A DNA stretch of 64,000 nt from an uncultured Verrucomicrobiae bacterium. Its GTDB lineage: Bacteria > Verrucomicrobiota > Verrucomicrobiia > Chthoniobacterales > UBA10450. Below are positions 21,426-31,712 of this stretch, one piece after another (positions within the stretch are counted from its first letter, which is position 1; every line of letters begins with the position of its first letter). The stretch covers positions 1,056,001 to 1,120,000 of the forward strand of contig CAWIBO010000002.1 in the NCBI GenBank assembly GCA_963834385.1. Direction: 5' to 3'. Position numbers and translations under genes: made by a program. Under the pieces are notes generated by a model, which did not search any database, had not been told where the DNA came from, and saw nothing but the letters and a program-made list of their open reading frames with translations.

Positions 21426-23182
21426 CCCGCCCCCCGTTTGCGTTGCAGTTCGGCCTCGATCTTCCCGAGGGGAAGACAGTTGACCACGTCTTTCTTCGTC
21501 AGCCAGCCTTTGCGCGCGATGCCCACGCCGAACCAGAGATCCTGCAGGCGCTCAACACGGTGCGCGTCGGGGTTGATGACGCATTTCACCCCTTTCTCGC
21601 GGGCCAGCGGCCACCAGCGCCAGTCCAGGTCGAGCCGTTTCGGCGCGGAATTGATCTCGATCCAGGTGCCGGTCTCGGCGGCCGCCTCGATGACCGCCGG
21701 AAGATCAACCGCGTAGGCGTCACGGCGCAGGAGCAAACGTCCGGTGGGATGGGCCAGCATGGTCACGTGGCGGTGGCTGATGGCGCGGATGATGCGCTCG
21801 GTCATCTCCGCCTCCGGCATGCCGAAACCGGAATGCACGGAAGCGACCACGTAATCAAGCGACGCCAGCGTCTCCTCGTCATAATCCAGCGATCCATCCC
21901 GCAGAATGTCGCACTCCACGCCGCTGAAGAGCCGAAAATCGTCGAAGGACTCGTTCAGTTTTCGGATACGGGCCATCTGGGCCCGCAGTTGCGCCACCTC
22001 CAGGCCGTGGGCCTGGACGAGGCTGCGGCTGTGATCGGCGATCCCGAGATATTGCAGGCCCAGGTCCTGCGCGGCCGCCGCCATCTCCTCGAGGGTGTTG
22101 TGCCCGTCACTCGCCGTCGTGTGGCAGTGAAAAGTGCCGCGCAGGTTTGCCGCCTCCACCAGCCGCGGCAGCCGATCGTTCTCCGCCGCCTCGAATTCGC
22201 CGCAATTTTCGCGCAACTCCGGCGGCACAGGCGCGAGGCCAAGCGCACGATAGAGCTCCGGTTCGTCGCTGATCCGGGGCACGGGCGTGGTTGCCTTCTT
22301 TCTCCGGCCCTTCTCCGATGGCGGGGCCGGCGCGAGCCGGTACTCGTTAAGGGTCCAGCCGCGGGCCAGCGCCCGGTTGCGCATGACGATGTTATGTTCC
22401 TTGCTCCCGGTGAAGTAACTCAGGGCAAAGGGATACTCGGCGCTGCTGACCACGCGGAGGTCGCATTGCACGCCGGACTTCAGCGTCACGCTGCTCTTGG
22501 TCGGGCCACGGGCAATCACGCTTTCCACGAGCGGATGGGTCACGAAAAGTTCCATGACCGGCTCCGGTTTGCTCGAGGCGACAATGAAATCCAGGTCGCG
22601 CACGATCTCTTTCCGCCGCCGGTAGCTTCCGGCGAGGGCAACCTGCAGGGCCTCCTCGCACCCGCGCAGCGCGGCCAGCATCTGCTCCGCTTCCGGCGCC
22701 ACCTGGCCCAGTTGAAAGGAACCGGCATGCTGTTTCCGCGCCGCGATCGCCTTGAGCAGTTTTTCCTGCGTGGTCCGTCCGAACCCCGGCAGCTCCGCCA
22801 CCCGGCCGGCTTCGCAGGCTTCCTGCAACTGCGAGACCGAAGCGACCTTCAACTGCTCGTAGAGCGCCTTGATCTTCTTCGCGCCCAGCCCCGGCAGGGA
22901 GTAAAGCTCCAGAATATCGGCCGGAAACCCGGAGCGCAGGTCGGTCAAAACGCGGGACGCACCCGTGGTCGCCATTTCCACGATGGCGGCCGTGATCGCC
23001 TTGCCGACGCCGGGGATCTTTGCCAGCACTTCCGGGTCGGCCAGCTCCGCCCGGCTTCCCCCCCAGGCCTCGATCGAACGCGCGGCGTTTTGGTAGGCGC
23101 GAACCTTGAACGGGTTCTCGCCGTTCAATTCCAGGAGGGTGGCAATTTCCTCGAGGTGCTGTGCGATCCGGGCTTTCTCCAC
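21422..23182 (-). CDS. polX: DNA polymerase X family / PHP 3'-5' exonuclease
   Basis: GENPFKVRAY, AGSYRRRKEIVRDLD, YFTGSKEHN, PHP motifs HCHT, DHS, AHPTGR, NPDAH. Confidence 0.96.
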   Translation of the reverse strand: MEKARIAQHLEEIATLLELNGENPFKVRAYQNAARSIEAWGGSRAELADPEVLAKIPGVGKAITAAIVEMATTGASRVLTDLRSGFPADILELYSLPGLGAKKIKALYEQLKVASVSQLQEACEAGRVAELPGFGRTTQEKLLKAIAARKQHAGSFQLGQVAPEAEQMLAALRGCEEALQVALAGSYRRRKEIVRDLDFIVASSKPEPVMELFVTHPLVESVIARGPTKSSVTLKSGVQCDLRVVSSAEYPFALSYFTGSKEHNIVMRNRALARGWTLNEYRLAPAPPSEKGRRKKATTPVPRISDEPELYRALGLAPVPPELRENCGEFEAAENDRLPRLVEAANLRGTFHCHTTASDGHNTLEEMAAAAQDLGLQYLGIADHSRSLVQAHGLEVAQLRAQMARIRKLNESFDDFRLFSGVECDILRDGSLDYDEETLASLDYVVASVHSGFGMPEAEMTERIIRAISHRHVTMLAHPTGRLLLRRDAYAVDLPAVIEAAAETGTWIEINSAPKRLDLDWRWWPLAREKGVKCVINPDAHRVERLQDLWFGVGIARKGWLTKKDVVNCLPLGKIEAELQRKRGAG

Positions 23183-23256
23183 GCGGGAATGTTTACCGAG
23201 AAATCGGCCCGCGTCGATGCGACGGGGAATGGGGCGTGCTATCTTTTGCGCCCCCC

Positions 23257-24337
23257 ATGACTCGACGCCCGTCCCTCTGGCTGATTCTTTGTCTCGCCGG
23301 CGCGCTCGCGCTTCCCGCGGCCCGGGCCGTCATTCTTTACCGGACGGACGATCCCGCGGCGAACACCACGCCGCCGGGCCTGGCCTTTCCGCACCGGGGC
23401 TGGGACTACGAAGGCGCCTTCGGGGGCGTGCTCGCCACGGTCATCGCGCCGAACTTCATCATCACCGCCAAACACGTGGGCGCTTCCGCCAATTTCCTCT
23501 TCCAGGGCACCGTTTATCCGATCGTGCAGGGTTATGCCGACCCGGTGGGCGACCTCCAGATCTGGAAGATCAACGGCACCTTGCCCTACTTCGCCCCGCT
23601 TTACTCAAGGAAGGATGAAACCGGAAAACAGATGGTTGCTTTGGGCAGGGGCACCCGTCGCGGCAGTCTCCTTGAGATCGACGGCCTGCCCAAAGGCTGG
23701 AACTGGGGAACAGGCGATGGGGCCATGCGCTGGGGTGAGAACATCATCGCGGGCACCTTCCAATATGGCGCCGGCAACGATCTTCTGATCATTGATTTCA
23801 ACCAGGACGGCCTCCCGGAGGAATGTCATCTCTCCAGCGGCGATTCGGGGGGCGCCGCGTTCATCGAGGATCTGGGCGGCGTCCCGAAGCTGGCCGGGAT
23901 CAACTTCGGCGTGGACGGTCCGTTTTACACCGCCCCGGACGGCAACACCGCTTTCAACGGCGGCGCTCTTCGACGCGCGCGGCTACTACTTCAATAACGG
24001 CTTCGGCTTCGTCCTGATCGACGGGGCCTTCCCCGCGGTCACCTCGTTCTATCCGTCACGCATCTCCACCAAGCTTCCCTGGATTTGCCGGGTGATCGCG
24101 GAGCCGCAGATCGCCCGGGAAGGCGACAATCTCTGCCTGACCTACCGGCGCCTGCAGTTCCCCGCGAGCGATGTGGTTTACCTGGTCGAACAATCACCCG
24201 ACCTCGTCGTCTGGATGCCCGCTACCGTCTCCGAGCAGATTCTTTCCACGGAAGGCGTCTCCGAGATGGTCAAGGCATCGGTCGATGTGACCGGTCTGCC
24301 GCAGCTTTTTCTCCGGCTGCGCATCTACCGCCCCTAA
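23257..24337 (+). CDS. Secreted trypsin-like serine protease with verrucomicrobial C-terminal domain (+1 frameshift near 23959)
   Basis: Signal peptide, TAKH, GDSGG; one extra G after FN, removal restores AALFDARG…YLVEQSPDLVVW…LFLRLRI. Confidence 0.75.
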
Positions 24338-24338
24338 A

Positions 24339-24950
24339 TCATAAACGCCCGCGCTTCCGGTAGTACCGGTAGCGGTTGATGACCGTCTCGACATAACGAC
24401 GCGTGGTCGGGAAATCGATGTTCTGCCGGAAACGGGAAGGCGGGATGACCACGTCGCGTCCCCCGGCCCAGCGCTGCGCCCGGCTGGCGCCCGCGTTGTA
24501 TTCCGCGAGCGCAAACGGAATGGGGTCGCGCTGGTGCCGCCAGCGTTGCAGCGCCCGGGCCAGATACCAGCTCCCGGCGGAGATGTTGACCTTCGGGTCG
24601 AAGAGTTCTTCCACCCGAAAATTCCGGATCTTTTCCTCCGCCGCCCATTCCTTCGCCGCGGTTTCCGTCACCTGCATCAGCCCCCGTTCCCCGGCGGCGC
24701 CGAACTTGTGCGAGTTAAAGCCGCTCTCGCGCCAGACGACCGCCTTCACCAGCATGGGATCGAGCTTGTGCTGCGCCGCAATCACCCGGATGAGCCGATC
24801 GTGCTGGTGGAACTTGCCCGGGCTAAGCCATTCCCGCGCCGTGTAAACCGGATCGCCCGTGCGCCAGGCGAAGTAGGCCGCGGCGGCCGCGCCCGCGAAG
24901 AAGAGGCAGATGACGAGCTTGAAAGCGAAGCGGATCACCCTGCCATCCAT
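24339..24950 (-). CDS. Lytic transglycosylase (SLT domain), membrane anchored
   Basis: AVVWRESGF, GERGLMQV, LAEYNAG, TRRYV. Confidence 0.92.
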   Translation of the reverse strand: MDGRVIRFAFKLVICLFFAGAAAAAYFAWRTGDPVYTAREWLSPGKFHQHDRLIRVIAAQHKLDPMLVKAVVWRESGFNSHKFGAAGERGLMQVTETAAKEWAAEEKIRNFRVEELFDPKVNISAGSWYLARALQRWRHQRDPIPFALAEYNAGASRAQRWAGGRDVVIPPSRFRQNIDFPTTRRYVETVINRYRYYRKRGRL

Positions 24951-25024
24951 CGACGCTTCCTCCCGCCCGGGCAATCGATTTTCACTCGATGTTGGTCCCC
25001 GCAGGATGGACAGTTTCGCCACCG

Positions 25025-27247
25025 GTGAAGTACGCGCGCGTCATCATAGATCGATCCATCCGGCGCGAGCTGGACTATGCCATCCCTGATGAGCTGGCCG
25101 CGCGGGTCGGGGTCGGCTCCCGGGTCCGCGTGCCGTTCCGCGACAAGTCGGCCCTCGCCACCGTCGCTGCGATCCTCGACCAGAGCGAGGCTCCCGGGAT
25201 CCGCCCGCTGGAGGCTGTCCTTGGCGAGACGCCGGCGCTCCGCGGTGAACTGCTCGAGTTGGCTCGCTGGATGAGCGTCTATTATTGTTGCCCGCTCGAG
25301 ACAGTCCTGCGGAGCCTTCTCCCCCAGGTCATCCGCAAGGGAGAGGTCGGCTGGAAACGGCAGTTGTTTGTCAGCCGCGACCGGCTCGCCGAACCGGAGG
25401 AAATTGAAAAGCTCGGGCGCCGCGCGCCGCGCCAGGCGGAATTGCTGACCGCGCTCAACATCCTCGAAGCCCCGGTGGCCGCAGCCGATTTCCTGCGCGA
25501 GCACGCCTCCGACAACGGCACCCTGCGCGCCCTCGTGAAGAAGGGGTTCGCCCGTCTGGTCGAGAAACCGGTTGAACGCGATCCCCATGCCGACGAGGAA
25601 TTCATCGCCTCGGACAACCTGGTCCTGAACGAGGAACAGGCGGCCGCCCTGCAAAAGGTCCTCGCCGCCCTCGACGCACCGGCCACGAGCCGCCCGATTC
25701 TTCTCCACGGCGTCACCGGCAGCGGCAAGACGGAGATCTACCTCCAGGCCATCAGGAACGCGCTCGAGCGCGGTCTCACCGCCATTGTTCTCGTCCCGGA
25801 AATTTCGCTCACGCCGCAGACGGTCGAACGCTTCAAGAGCCGTTTCGCCGGGATGCAGGATGCCGTTGCCGTTTTGCACAGTCATCTTTCCGAGGGCGAA
25901 CGCCACGACGAATGGCACAAACTGCATTCCGGACGCGCCCGCATGGTCATCGGCGCGCGCAGCGCCATTTTTGCCCCGCTCGAAAAGGTCGGCCTCATCA
26001 TCGTGGATGAGGAGCACGAGAACTCCTACAAACAAGAGGAGGCGCCGCGCTATCATGCCCGCGACGTCGCCGTGGTCCGGGCCCGCATGGAAAAATGCGT
26101 GGTCCTGCTCGGCTCGGCCACGCCCAGCCTCGAAAGCTATCACAACGCCACCACCGGTAAGTATGACCTCGCGGTCCTCTCCCGCCGGGTGGACGACTGT
26201 CAGATGCCGTTTATCCGCGTGCTCGACCTGCGGCTCGAGCAGCGAAGGGAAAAGTATCCGCAGATTCTCGCGGGCAAACTGCGCGACGCCATCACCGCCC
26301 GGCTCGAAAAGCGTGAACAAACCATCCTTTTCCTGAACCGGCGCGGTTTCTCCACCTCGCTCCTTTGCCGCAGCTGCGGCGAGGCGCGCCGATGCCCGAA
26401 CTGCAGCGTGGCCCTCACCTTCCACCGCGGCGCGGCCCGCCTGAGCTGCCACCTCTGCGGGCACACCGCGGCCGTGCCGAAGGTCTGTCCCGCCTGCCGT
26501 GAGAACGCCCTTTCCTACGCCGGCTTCGGCACCGAGAAAGTCGAGGCGACCGTCGCCGGAATCTTCCCCAAGGCGGTGGTCCGCCGGATGGATGCCGATT
26601 CCATGACGCGAAAAGACGCTTTCCGCGACACGCTGCGCGCCTTTCGCGCCGGGCGGATCGATATCCTGGTTGGAACCCAGATGATCGCGAAGGGGCTCCA
26701 TTTTCCCAACGTCACCCTGGTGGGAATCATCAACGCCGATCTCGCCCTGCATCTGCCGGACTTCCGCGCCGGCGAACGGACGTTTCAGCTCCTCACCCAG
26801 GTGGCGGGGCGGGCCGGCCGGGGCGAACAGCCCGGCGAAGTCTTCGTGCAGACGTTCACCCCCTTCTCTCCCTCGATCCAGTATGCGCGGCACCACGACT
26901 TCGTCGGCTACTTCGAGCAGGAGCTCGAATTCCGGGAGCGCTGTGCTTTCCCGCCGTTCCTTCATGCCGTCCTCGTGACCGTGCGTTCCAAGCATGAGGC
27001 GCGGGCAAAGTTCTCCGCCGAGACGCTCGCGCGCCGCCTGAAATCGGTTCTGCCGGCGGAATTCATCATGGGCGACCCGACGCCCGCCCCGCTCGAGAAA
27101 CTGCAGGGCTTCTTCCGTTTCCAGATCATGATCCGCGGCGCCGCCATCATGAAGTTGAGCCGCCTTCTGCGCGAAACGCTCGACAAGCTGCCCTTCCCCG
27201 AGGACGTCGCCGTGGCCGTGGATGTCGACCCTTATCAGTTGCTCTGA
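25025..27247 (+). CDS. priA: Primosomal protein N'
   Basis: GVTGSGKTEIY, DEEHE, four CxxC pairs, GTQMIAKGLHFP, QVAGRAGR. Confidence 0.98.
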   Translation: MKYARVIIDRSIRRELDYAIPDELAARVGVGSRVRVPFRDKSALATVAAILDQSEAPGIRPLEAVLGETPALRGELLELARWMSVYYCCPLETVLRSLLPQVIRKGEVGWKRQLFVSRDRLAEPEEIEKLGRRAPRQAELLTALNILEAPVAAADFLREHASDNGTLRALVKKGFARLVEKPVERDPHADEEFIASDNLVLNEEQAAALQKVLAALDAPATSRPILLHGVTGSGKTEIYLQAIRNALERGLTAIVLVPEISLTPQTVERFKSRFAGMQDAVAVLHSHLSEGERHDEWHKLHSGRARMVIGARSAIFAPLEKVGLIIVDEEHENSYKQEEAPRYHARDVAVVRARMEKCVVLLGSATPSLESYHNATTGKYDLAVLSRRVDDCQMPFIRVLDLRLEQRREKYPQILAGKLRDAITARLEKREQTILFLNRRGFSTSLLCRSCGEARRCPNCSVALTFHRGAARLSCHLCGHTAAVPKVCPACRENALSYAGFGTEKVEATVAGIFPKAVVRRMDADSMTRKDAFRDTLRAFRAGRIDILVGTQMIAKGLHFPNVTLVGIINADLALHLPDFRAGERTFQLLTQVAGRAGRGEQPGEVFVQTFTPFSPSIQYARHHDFVGYFEQELEFRERCAFPPFLHAVLVTVRSKHEARAKFSAETLARRLKSVLPAEFIMGDPTPAPLEKLQGFFRFQIMIRGAAIMKLSRLLRETLDKLPFPEDVAVAVDVDPYQLL

Positions 27248-27263
27248 ACCGGCCGTTTCCGGC

Positions 27264-28031
27264 TTACCGAAGCCAGTCCTGGCAATCCCATCCCAGCAGC
27301 GTTTCCACCCGGCGGATATCATCCGCAAACAACGGCTTCAGCCTGGCCCGCTCTTCCGGGGACAGCTTCCGCGCGTCGCGGGTCCGGTGCGGCGCCACGC
27401 CCGGCCGGATGACCACGCGCGGCACCGCGAGGAAATCGCACACCTGGTTGACCGTCCCCTGCTGGTCCGCGCGGAAATTCTCGTACTTCAGGAAAAGAAG
27501 CTGCGCGGCCGGAAAATATGCCCGCACATGCTCGATCTGGCCGGCGTAAAGACCGCGCGCGACATAGGTGAACCGGCGTGACTGCCCGGACGCGCTCGCC
27601 TCCGCATGCTGCCGCGGCGCCGCCTCCATCGCCTCGATGAAATCGGGCGGCGCCGTGCCGCGCGCCCGCTGCATGTTCCATTGCGAATAGGCGCGCGCGA
27701 TCGGGTCGCGCAGGATAAAGATCAGTTTGAGCGCAGGGTGGTAATCCCGCAGGCGCGGGATGGCGGCGCGCCAGAAGAAGTAGATCGGGGTGCATTCGCC
27801 CGCCGCCAGGGTCTTCCGCCCCGGCCGGAAAGCCGCGTGCAGCGGCCCGTAATCCACCGGGTCTTCCCGGAAGTTGTCGTCGTTATCGAAGAAATGCAGT
27901 TCCTTGGCGCCCGTCGGCATGGCGATGCGCGGATGCTGCTTCAAATACTCGTGCAGGGCGGTGGTGCCCGCCTTTTGCACGCCGCCAATCACGAAATCGA
28001 GCCGGGTGACGCGGCGCCGCGACCAGATCAT
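27264..28031 (-). CDS. Sulfotransferase domain protein
   Basis: 5'-PSB IGGVQKAGTTAL, KELHFFD, 3'-PB LRDPIARAYSQW. Confidence 0.9.
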   Translation of the reverse strand: MIWSRRRVTRLDFVIGGVQKAGTTALHEYLKQHPRIAMPTGAKELHFFDNDDNFREDPVDYGPLHAAFRPGRKTLAAGECTPIYFFWRAAIPRLRDYHPALKLIFILRDPIARAYSQWNMQRARGTAPPDFIEAMEAAPRQHAEASASGQSRRFTYVARGLYAGQIEHVRAYFPAAQLLFLKYENFRADQQGTVNQVCDFLAVPRVVIRPGVAPHRTRDARKLSPEERARLKPLFADDIRRVETLLGWDCQDWLR

Positions 28032-28065
28032 GGCGCAAGGTCAGGCGCCCCGCCCGAAGCGCAAC

Positions 28066-28853
28066 CTAAATGCCGGGCCCGGGCGCCGCTTCCCCCACGC
28101 GCAGGCTCATGCCCATGACGTGGAAAATCTCGTCCCGGCACGCCAGGTAACCCGGCGCATCGAGGTCACGCGGCCGCGGCAGGTCAATCGGGACCACCCG
28201 CTCGATCCGGCCCGGACGGGCGCTCATCACCAGGACGCGGTCGGCCAGTTGCACCGCTTCCTCGATGTCGTGCGTCACGAAGAGAATCGTTTTCTTTTCG
28301 CTCTGCCAGATCCGGACAAGGTCGGTGCGCATCTTCAGGCGGGTCAGGAAATCGAGCGCCCCGAACGGCTCATCCATGTAAATGATGTCGGGATTGGCCG
28401 CGAGGGCGCGGGCGATCTCCACCCGTTGTCGCATCCCCCCGGAAAGCTCGCGCGGCCAGGCGTTCTCAAAACCCTCCAGGCCAACCATGGCGATGTAATG
28501 GGCCACAATCTCCGCCCGGCGCGCTTCCGCATGCCGTCGCAGGCCGAAGCCGATGTTCTCGCGCACGTTGAGCCACGGGAAAACGCCGTTCTCTTGAAAG
28601 ACAAAGATTCGGCGCGGATCCGGGCCGCGCACCGGTTCGCCTTCCACCAGGACTTCGCCGGCGTCGGGTTCAAGGAAGCCGCCCACGATATTGAGCAGGG
28701 TCGATTTGCCGCAACCGCTCGGACCCACCAGGCAGACAAATTCACCCGGGGCCACTTCTGCCTCGATGGCGCGGAGCACCTCCACTTCCTCACCCCGACG
28801 CTGGCCGGCGAAAGTCATCGAAACGTTCCGGATGGAAATGGCGGGGCGCTCAT
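28066..28853 (-). CDS. ABC transporter ATP-binding subunit, nitrate/sulfonate/taurine type (probable 1-nt deletion near 28845)
   Basis: GPSGCGKS, LSGGMRQR, MDEPFGALD, VTHDIEEA; adding one C puts ATG 28853 in frame (MSAPAISIRNVSMTF). Confidence 0.92.
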
Positions 28854-29659
28854 CGGCGGGTCAGGTATCCCCAGCGCACCTCGTCAAAGCGCTCGAGTCG
28901 ACGCACCAGCAGATCGAGGACAAGCCCGATCAGGCCAATCATGACCATGCCGGCGACGACAAGGTCGTAGCGTTTCCCGGCGTTGCGCGCGTCGATGATG
29001 AGGTAACCAAGGCCGCTGTTCACCGCGATCATCTCGGCCGCGACCACCACGAGCCAGGCCACGCCGAGGGCAATGCGGACCCCGGTGATGATCTGCGGCA
29101 GGCTCGCGCGAAAAATGACCTTCCGAAAAAGCTCGCCCCGGCCGAGGCCGAAGTTCTGCGCGGCGCGCAGATAAACGGGCTGCATGTTTTGCACGGCGGC
29201 GATGGCGGAGACCGTGATGGGGAAAACGCTGGCGAGGAAGATGAGGAAGATGGGCGCGGCGTCGGTGATCCCGAACCAGAGGATGGCGACGGGGATCCAG
29301 GCAATCGGTGAGATCGGGCGCAGCGCCTGGAGCAGCGGGTTGAAGGCTTGAAAGGCGCGCCCGTACCAGCCCAGGAGAAGACCGAGCGGAACGCCCAGGA
29401 GAACCGCCAGGGTGAAGCCCCAGCCGACCCGGAAAAGCGACGCCACCACATACTTGAGGAGCAGACCTTTTTGCGCCAGTTCACCCAGCCCCCGGGCCAC
29501 TTCTCCGGGCGTCGGAAAAAGCAGGCTCCCGGAGATGCGCACCGCGGCGTGCCAGCCCGCGAGAAAAAGGAGCGCCACCGCCAGGGGCAAAACAAAATCC
29601 CACACCCTCCCTCCGGCGCGCTCCCTGCGTCGCGAATCGTTTCCTCGCGCCGCTTTCAT
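28850..29659 (-). CDS. ABC transporter permease (SsuC/TauC/NrtB-like)
   Basis: LRPISPIAWIP, AAQNFG EAA loop, VVAAEMIAVNSGLGYLI. Confidence 0.93.
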   Translation of the reverse strand: MKAARGNDSRRRERAGGRVWDFVLPLAVALLFLAGWHAAVRISGSLLFPTPGEVARGLGELAQKGLLLKYVVASLFRVGWGFTLAVLLGVPLGLLLGWYGRAFQAFNPLLQALRPISPIAWIPVAILWFGITDAAPIFLIFLASVFPITVSAIAAVQNMQPVYLRAAQNFGLGRGELFRKVIFRASLPQIITGVRIALGVAWLVVVAAEMIAVNSGLGYLIIDARNAGKRYDLVVAGMVMIGLIGLVLDLLVRRLERFDEVRWGYLTRR

Positions 29660-30702
29660 GGCGCTCTCCCGTCAAAAGCGTACGGCACCACCTCGTCGTC
29701 GTCGGGGGCAAATGATGGATCGACGTAATCCTCAAAACGCACGGTTCCCTGCAGGATGCCGGATTCGCGGGCCAGTTGCGCGATCTCCTCGAAGTCCGCC
29801 CGCGCCGGCTTGAGCTGGCTGTAGCGCACGCGATCCGGCGGCTGCGTGAGCACATGGCGAAGCAAACGCGGGTCCTGGTTGTAATACCGGGTGCTGACGA
29901 ACTCCGCCGCGGCCAGGCGTTGCTCCATTCCGGCATCGAGCCATTTGCCGCTCCGCGCGATGCCATCCACCAGTTCCTGGACATCGCCCCGGCGCTCCTT
30001 GATCACCTTTTCCGAGACGGCCAGAACGCACGAGATGAAACCGGGCCAGACCTCCCGGACCCGGTAGAGCACGCGCCCATATCCGTCCAGCTCGGTCTGG
30101 GCCATGAACGGTTCGCCCGAGGTAATGGCGTCCACCGAGCGGGCGTAAAGCGCCGCCGGCATGTCGGGCGGCGGCATCTCCACCATCCTCACGTCATCAA
30201 GGGTCAGGCCGGCCTTCTTCAATTCGCGAAAAAGAATCAGACGGTGGTTGGCGTAGCGCCCGGGCACGGCAATCGTCTTGCCCCGCAGATCTTCCGTGCG
30301 CCGGATATCGGAATCCCGGTGCACCACCACGTCGGCGCCCTCGCGGTGCCCGAGATAAACAATCTTGATCGGCACGCCCTGTTCGCGCAGCGCCATCGCC
30401 ATCGGGGCGAGGATAAAGGTGGCGGAGGTGTGGCCGCTGAGATACGCCTCCTTCAGTTCCGGCCAGCCGTGAAAGCGGATCGGCTCAAAAAGGTTTGTCC
30501 CCGTCATCTGCCGGTTGATGAAGTCGGTCACAGGACAGGTGAGATGGCAGGTCACCGGCAGGAAACCGACGCGGAAAGCCGGGCCCCTTCGCTCTTGTCC
30601 GGGAGCAGGATGAAACCAGCGCAGGTTCAGCCAGCCGTGCAGCAGCGTGATCACCGCCAGCGTCAGGAGAAGGATCAGCGCGATTTTTTTCAGGAAAGGC
30701 AT
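29656..30702 (-). CDS. ABC substrate-binding protein (NrtA/CmpA/SsuA-like)
   Basis: GWPELKEA, ILAPMAM, DLRGKTIAVP, EMPPPDMPAAL, GEPF; N-terminal anchor; unusual GFLPVTCHLTCP. Confidence 0.88.
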   Translation of the reverse strand: MPFLKKIALILLLTLAVITLLHGWLNLRWFHPAPGQERRGPAFRVGFLPVTCHLTCPVTDFINRQMTGTNLFEPIRFHGWPELKEAYLSGHTSATFILAPMAMALREQGVPIKIVYLGHREGADVVVHRDSDIRRTEDLRGKTIAVPGRYANHRLILFRELKKAGLTLDDVRMVEMPPPDMPAALYARSVDAITSGEPFMAQTELDGYGRVLYRVREVWPGFISCVLAVSEKVIKERRGDVQELVDGIARSGKWLDAGMEQRLAAAEFVSTRYYNQDPRLLRHVLTQPPDRVRYSQLKPARADFEEIAQLARESGILQGTVRFEDYVDPSFAPDDDEVVPYAFDGRAP

Positions 30703-30860
30703 GGCGGCTGGGCGCGACCATACCCCAGCGGTTGCCCCGGGAAAACAGCGGCCTTCCGGCCTCCCCGCGAAAGTTCCCTGCATCTGCCTGGCGCAAAAGG
30801 GCGAATCACCCCTTGTAACCAGCTGGGTTAAACCGGCTCAACTCCAAGGAAGAAAGAAAT

Positions 30861-31403
30861 ATGAAGAAACTGACATTGACACTCTGCGGCGCGGCGCTCT
30901 TTGCGGCGGTCGCTCTCGCAGGCAAAAATCCGATGGTTGGCGGCGCCGAGATGTATCCGAACAAGGATATCATCGAAAACGCGGTCAACTCCGACGACCA
31001 CAAGACCCTGGTCACCGCGGTGAAGGCCGCTGACCTCGTCGAGACCCTCAAGGGCCCGGGACCGTTCACCGTTTTCGCGCCGACCGATGAAGCCTTTGGC
31101 AAACTGCCGGAAGGAACCGTCGCGACGCTGGTGAAACCGGAGAACAAGAAGACGCTCACCGGCATCCTCACCTACCACGTTGTCGCCGGCAAAGTGACCG
31201 CGTCCGACCTGACCAAGCAGATCAAGGACGGCAACGGCAGCGCCAAGCTGAAGACCGTGAATGGCGAGACCCTCACGGCCAAGGCCTCGGGCGACTCCGT
31301 GATGTTGACCGATTCCAAGGGCAATTCCGCCACCGTCACAATTGCTGACGTGATGCAGAAGAACGGCGTGATCCACGTGATCGACACCGTGGTCATGCCC
31401 TAA
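30861..31403 (+). CDS. Fasciclin (FAS1) domain protein
   Basis: GPFTVFAPTDEAF, ILTYHVV, NGVIHVIDTV; signal peptide. Confidence 0.95.
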   Translation: MKKLTLTLCGAALFAAVALAGKNPMVGGAEMYPNKDIIENAVNSDDHKTLVTAVKAADLVETLKGPGPFTVFAPTDEAFGKLPEGTVATLVKPENKKTLTGILTYHVVAGKVTASDLTKQIKDGNGSAKLKTVNGETLTAKASGDSVMLTDSKGNSATVTIADVMQKNGVIHVIDTVVMP

Positions 31404-31429
31404 GGACCTTTTCAGGTAGCCAATGGGTT

Positions 31430-31467
31430 AACGGGCGGCGTTGCAAAACGTCGCCCGTTTTCTTTTT
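31430..31467 (+). terminator. Rho-independent terminator
   Basis: AACGGGCGGCGTT-GCAA-AACGTCGCCCGTT followed by a T-rich tract, just after the fasciclin gene. Confidence 0.85.
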
Positions 31468-31498
31468 GCGGACGACGGGCAGGCGAAACGCGCGGGAA

Positions 31499-31571
31499 AG
31501 CCGGCAGACGGGTTCGAACCGACGACCTGCTGATTACAAATCAGCTGCTCTACCAGCTGAGCTATGCCGGC
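31499..31571 (-). tRNA. tRNA-Thr(TGT)
   Basis: GCCGGCATAGCTCAGCTGGTAGAGCAGCTGATT-TGT-AATCAGCAGGTCGTCGGTTCGAACCCGTCTGCCGGCT; CCA not encoded; one U-U mismatch in the T stem. Confidence 0.96.
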
Positions 31572-31712
31572 GACTGGTCGCGGGCAAGTTAATGCAGGGG
31601 CGCCTCATGACAAGCCGGGGGTGACCGGGGTGTCTGCCGGGTGCCTTTTTCAGGCTTTGAGCGACTAAAATGGGCTGGATTTAAGGCGGGCGCTCTGATT
31701 CCCTTTGAGACC

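Noticed and set aside
31499..31571. tRNA-Thr as an island integration site
   Set aside because: No integrase, no duplicated tRNA 3' end and no compositional shift next to it.
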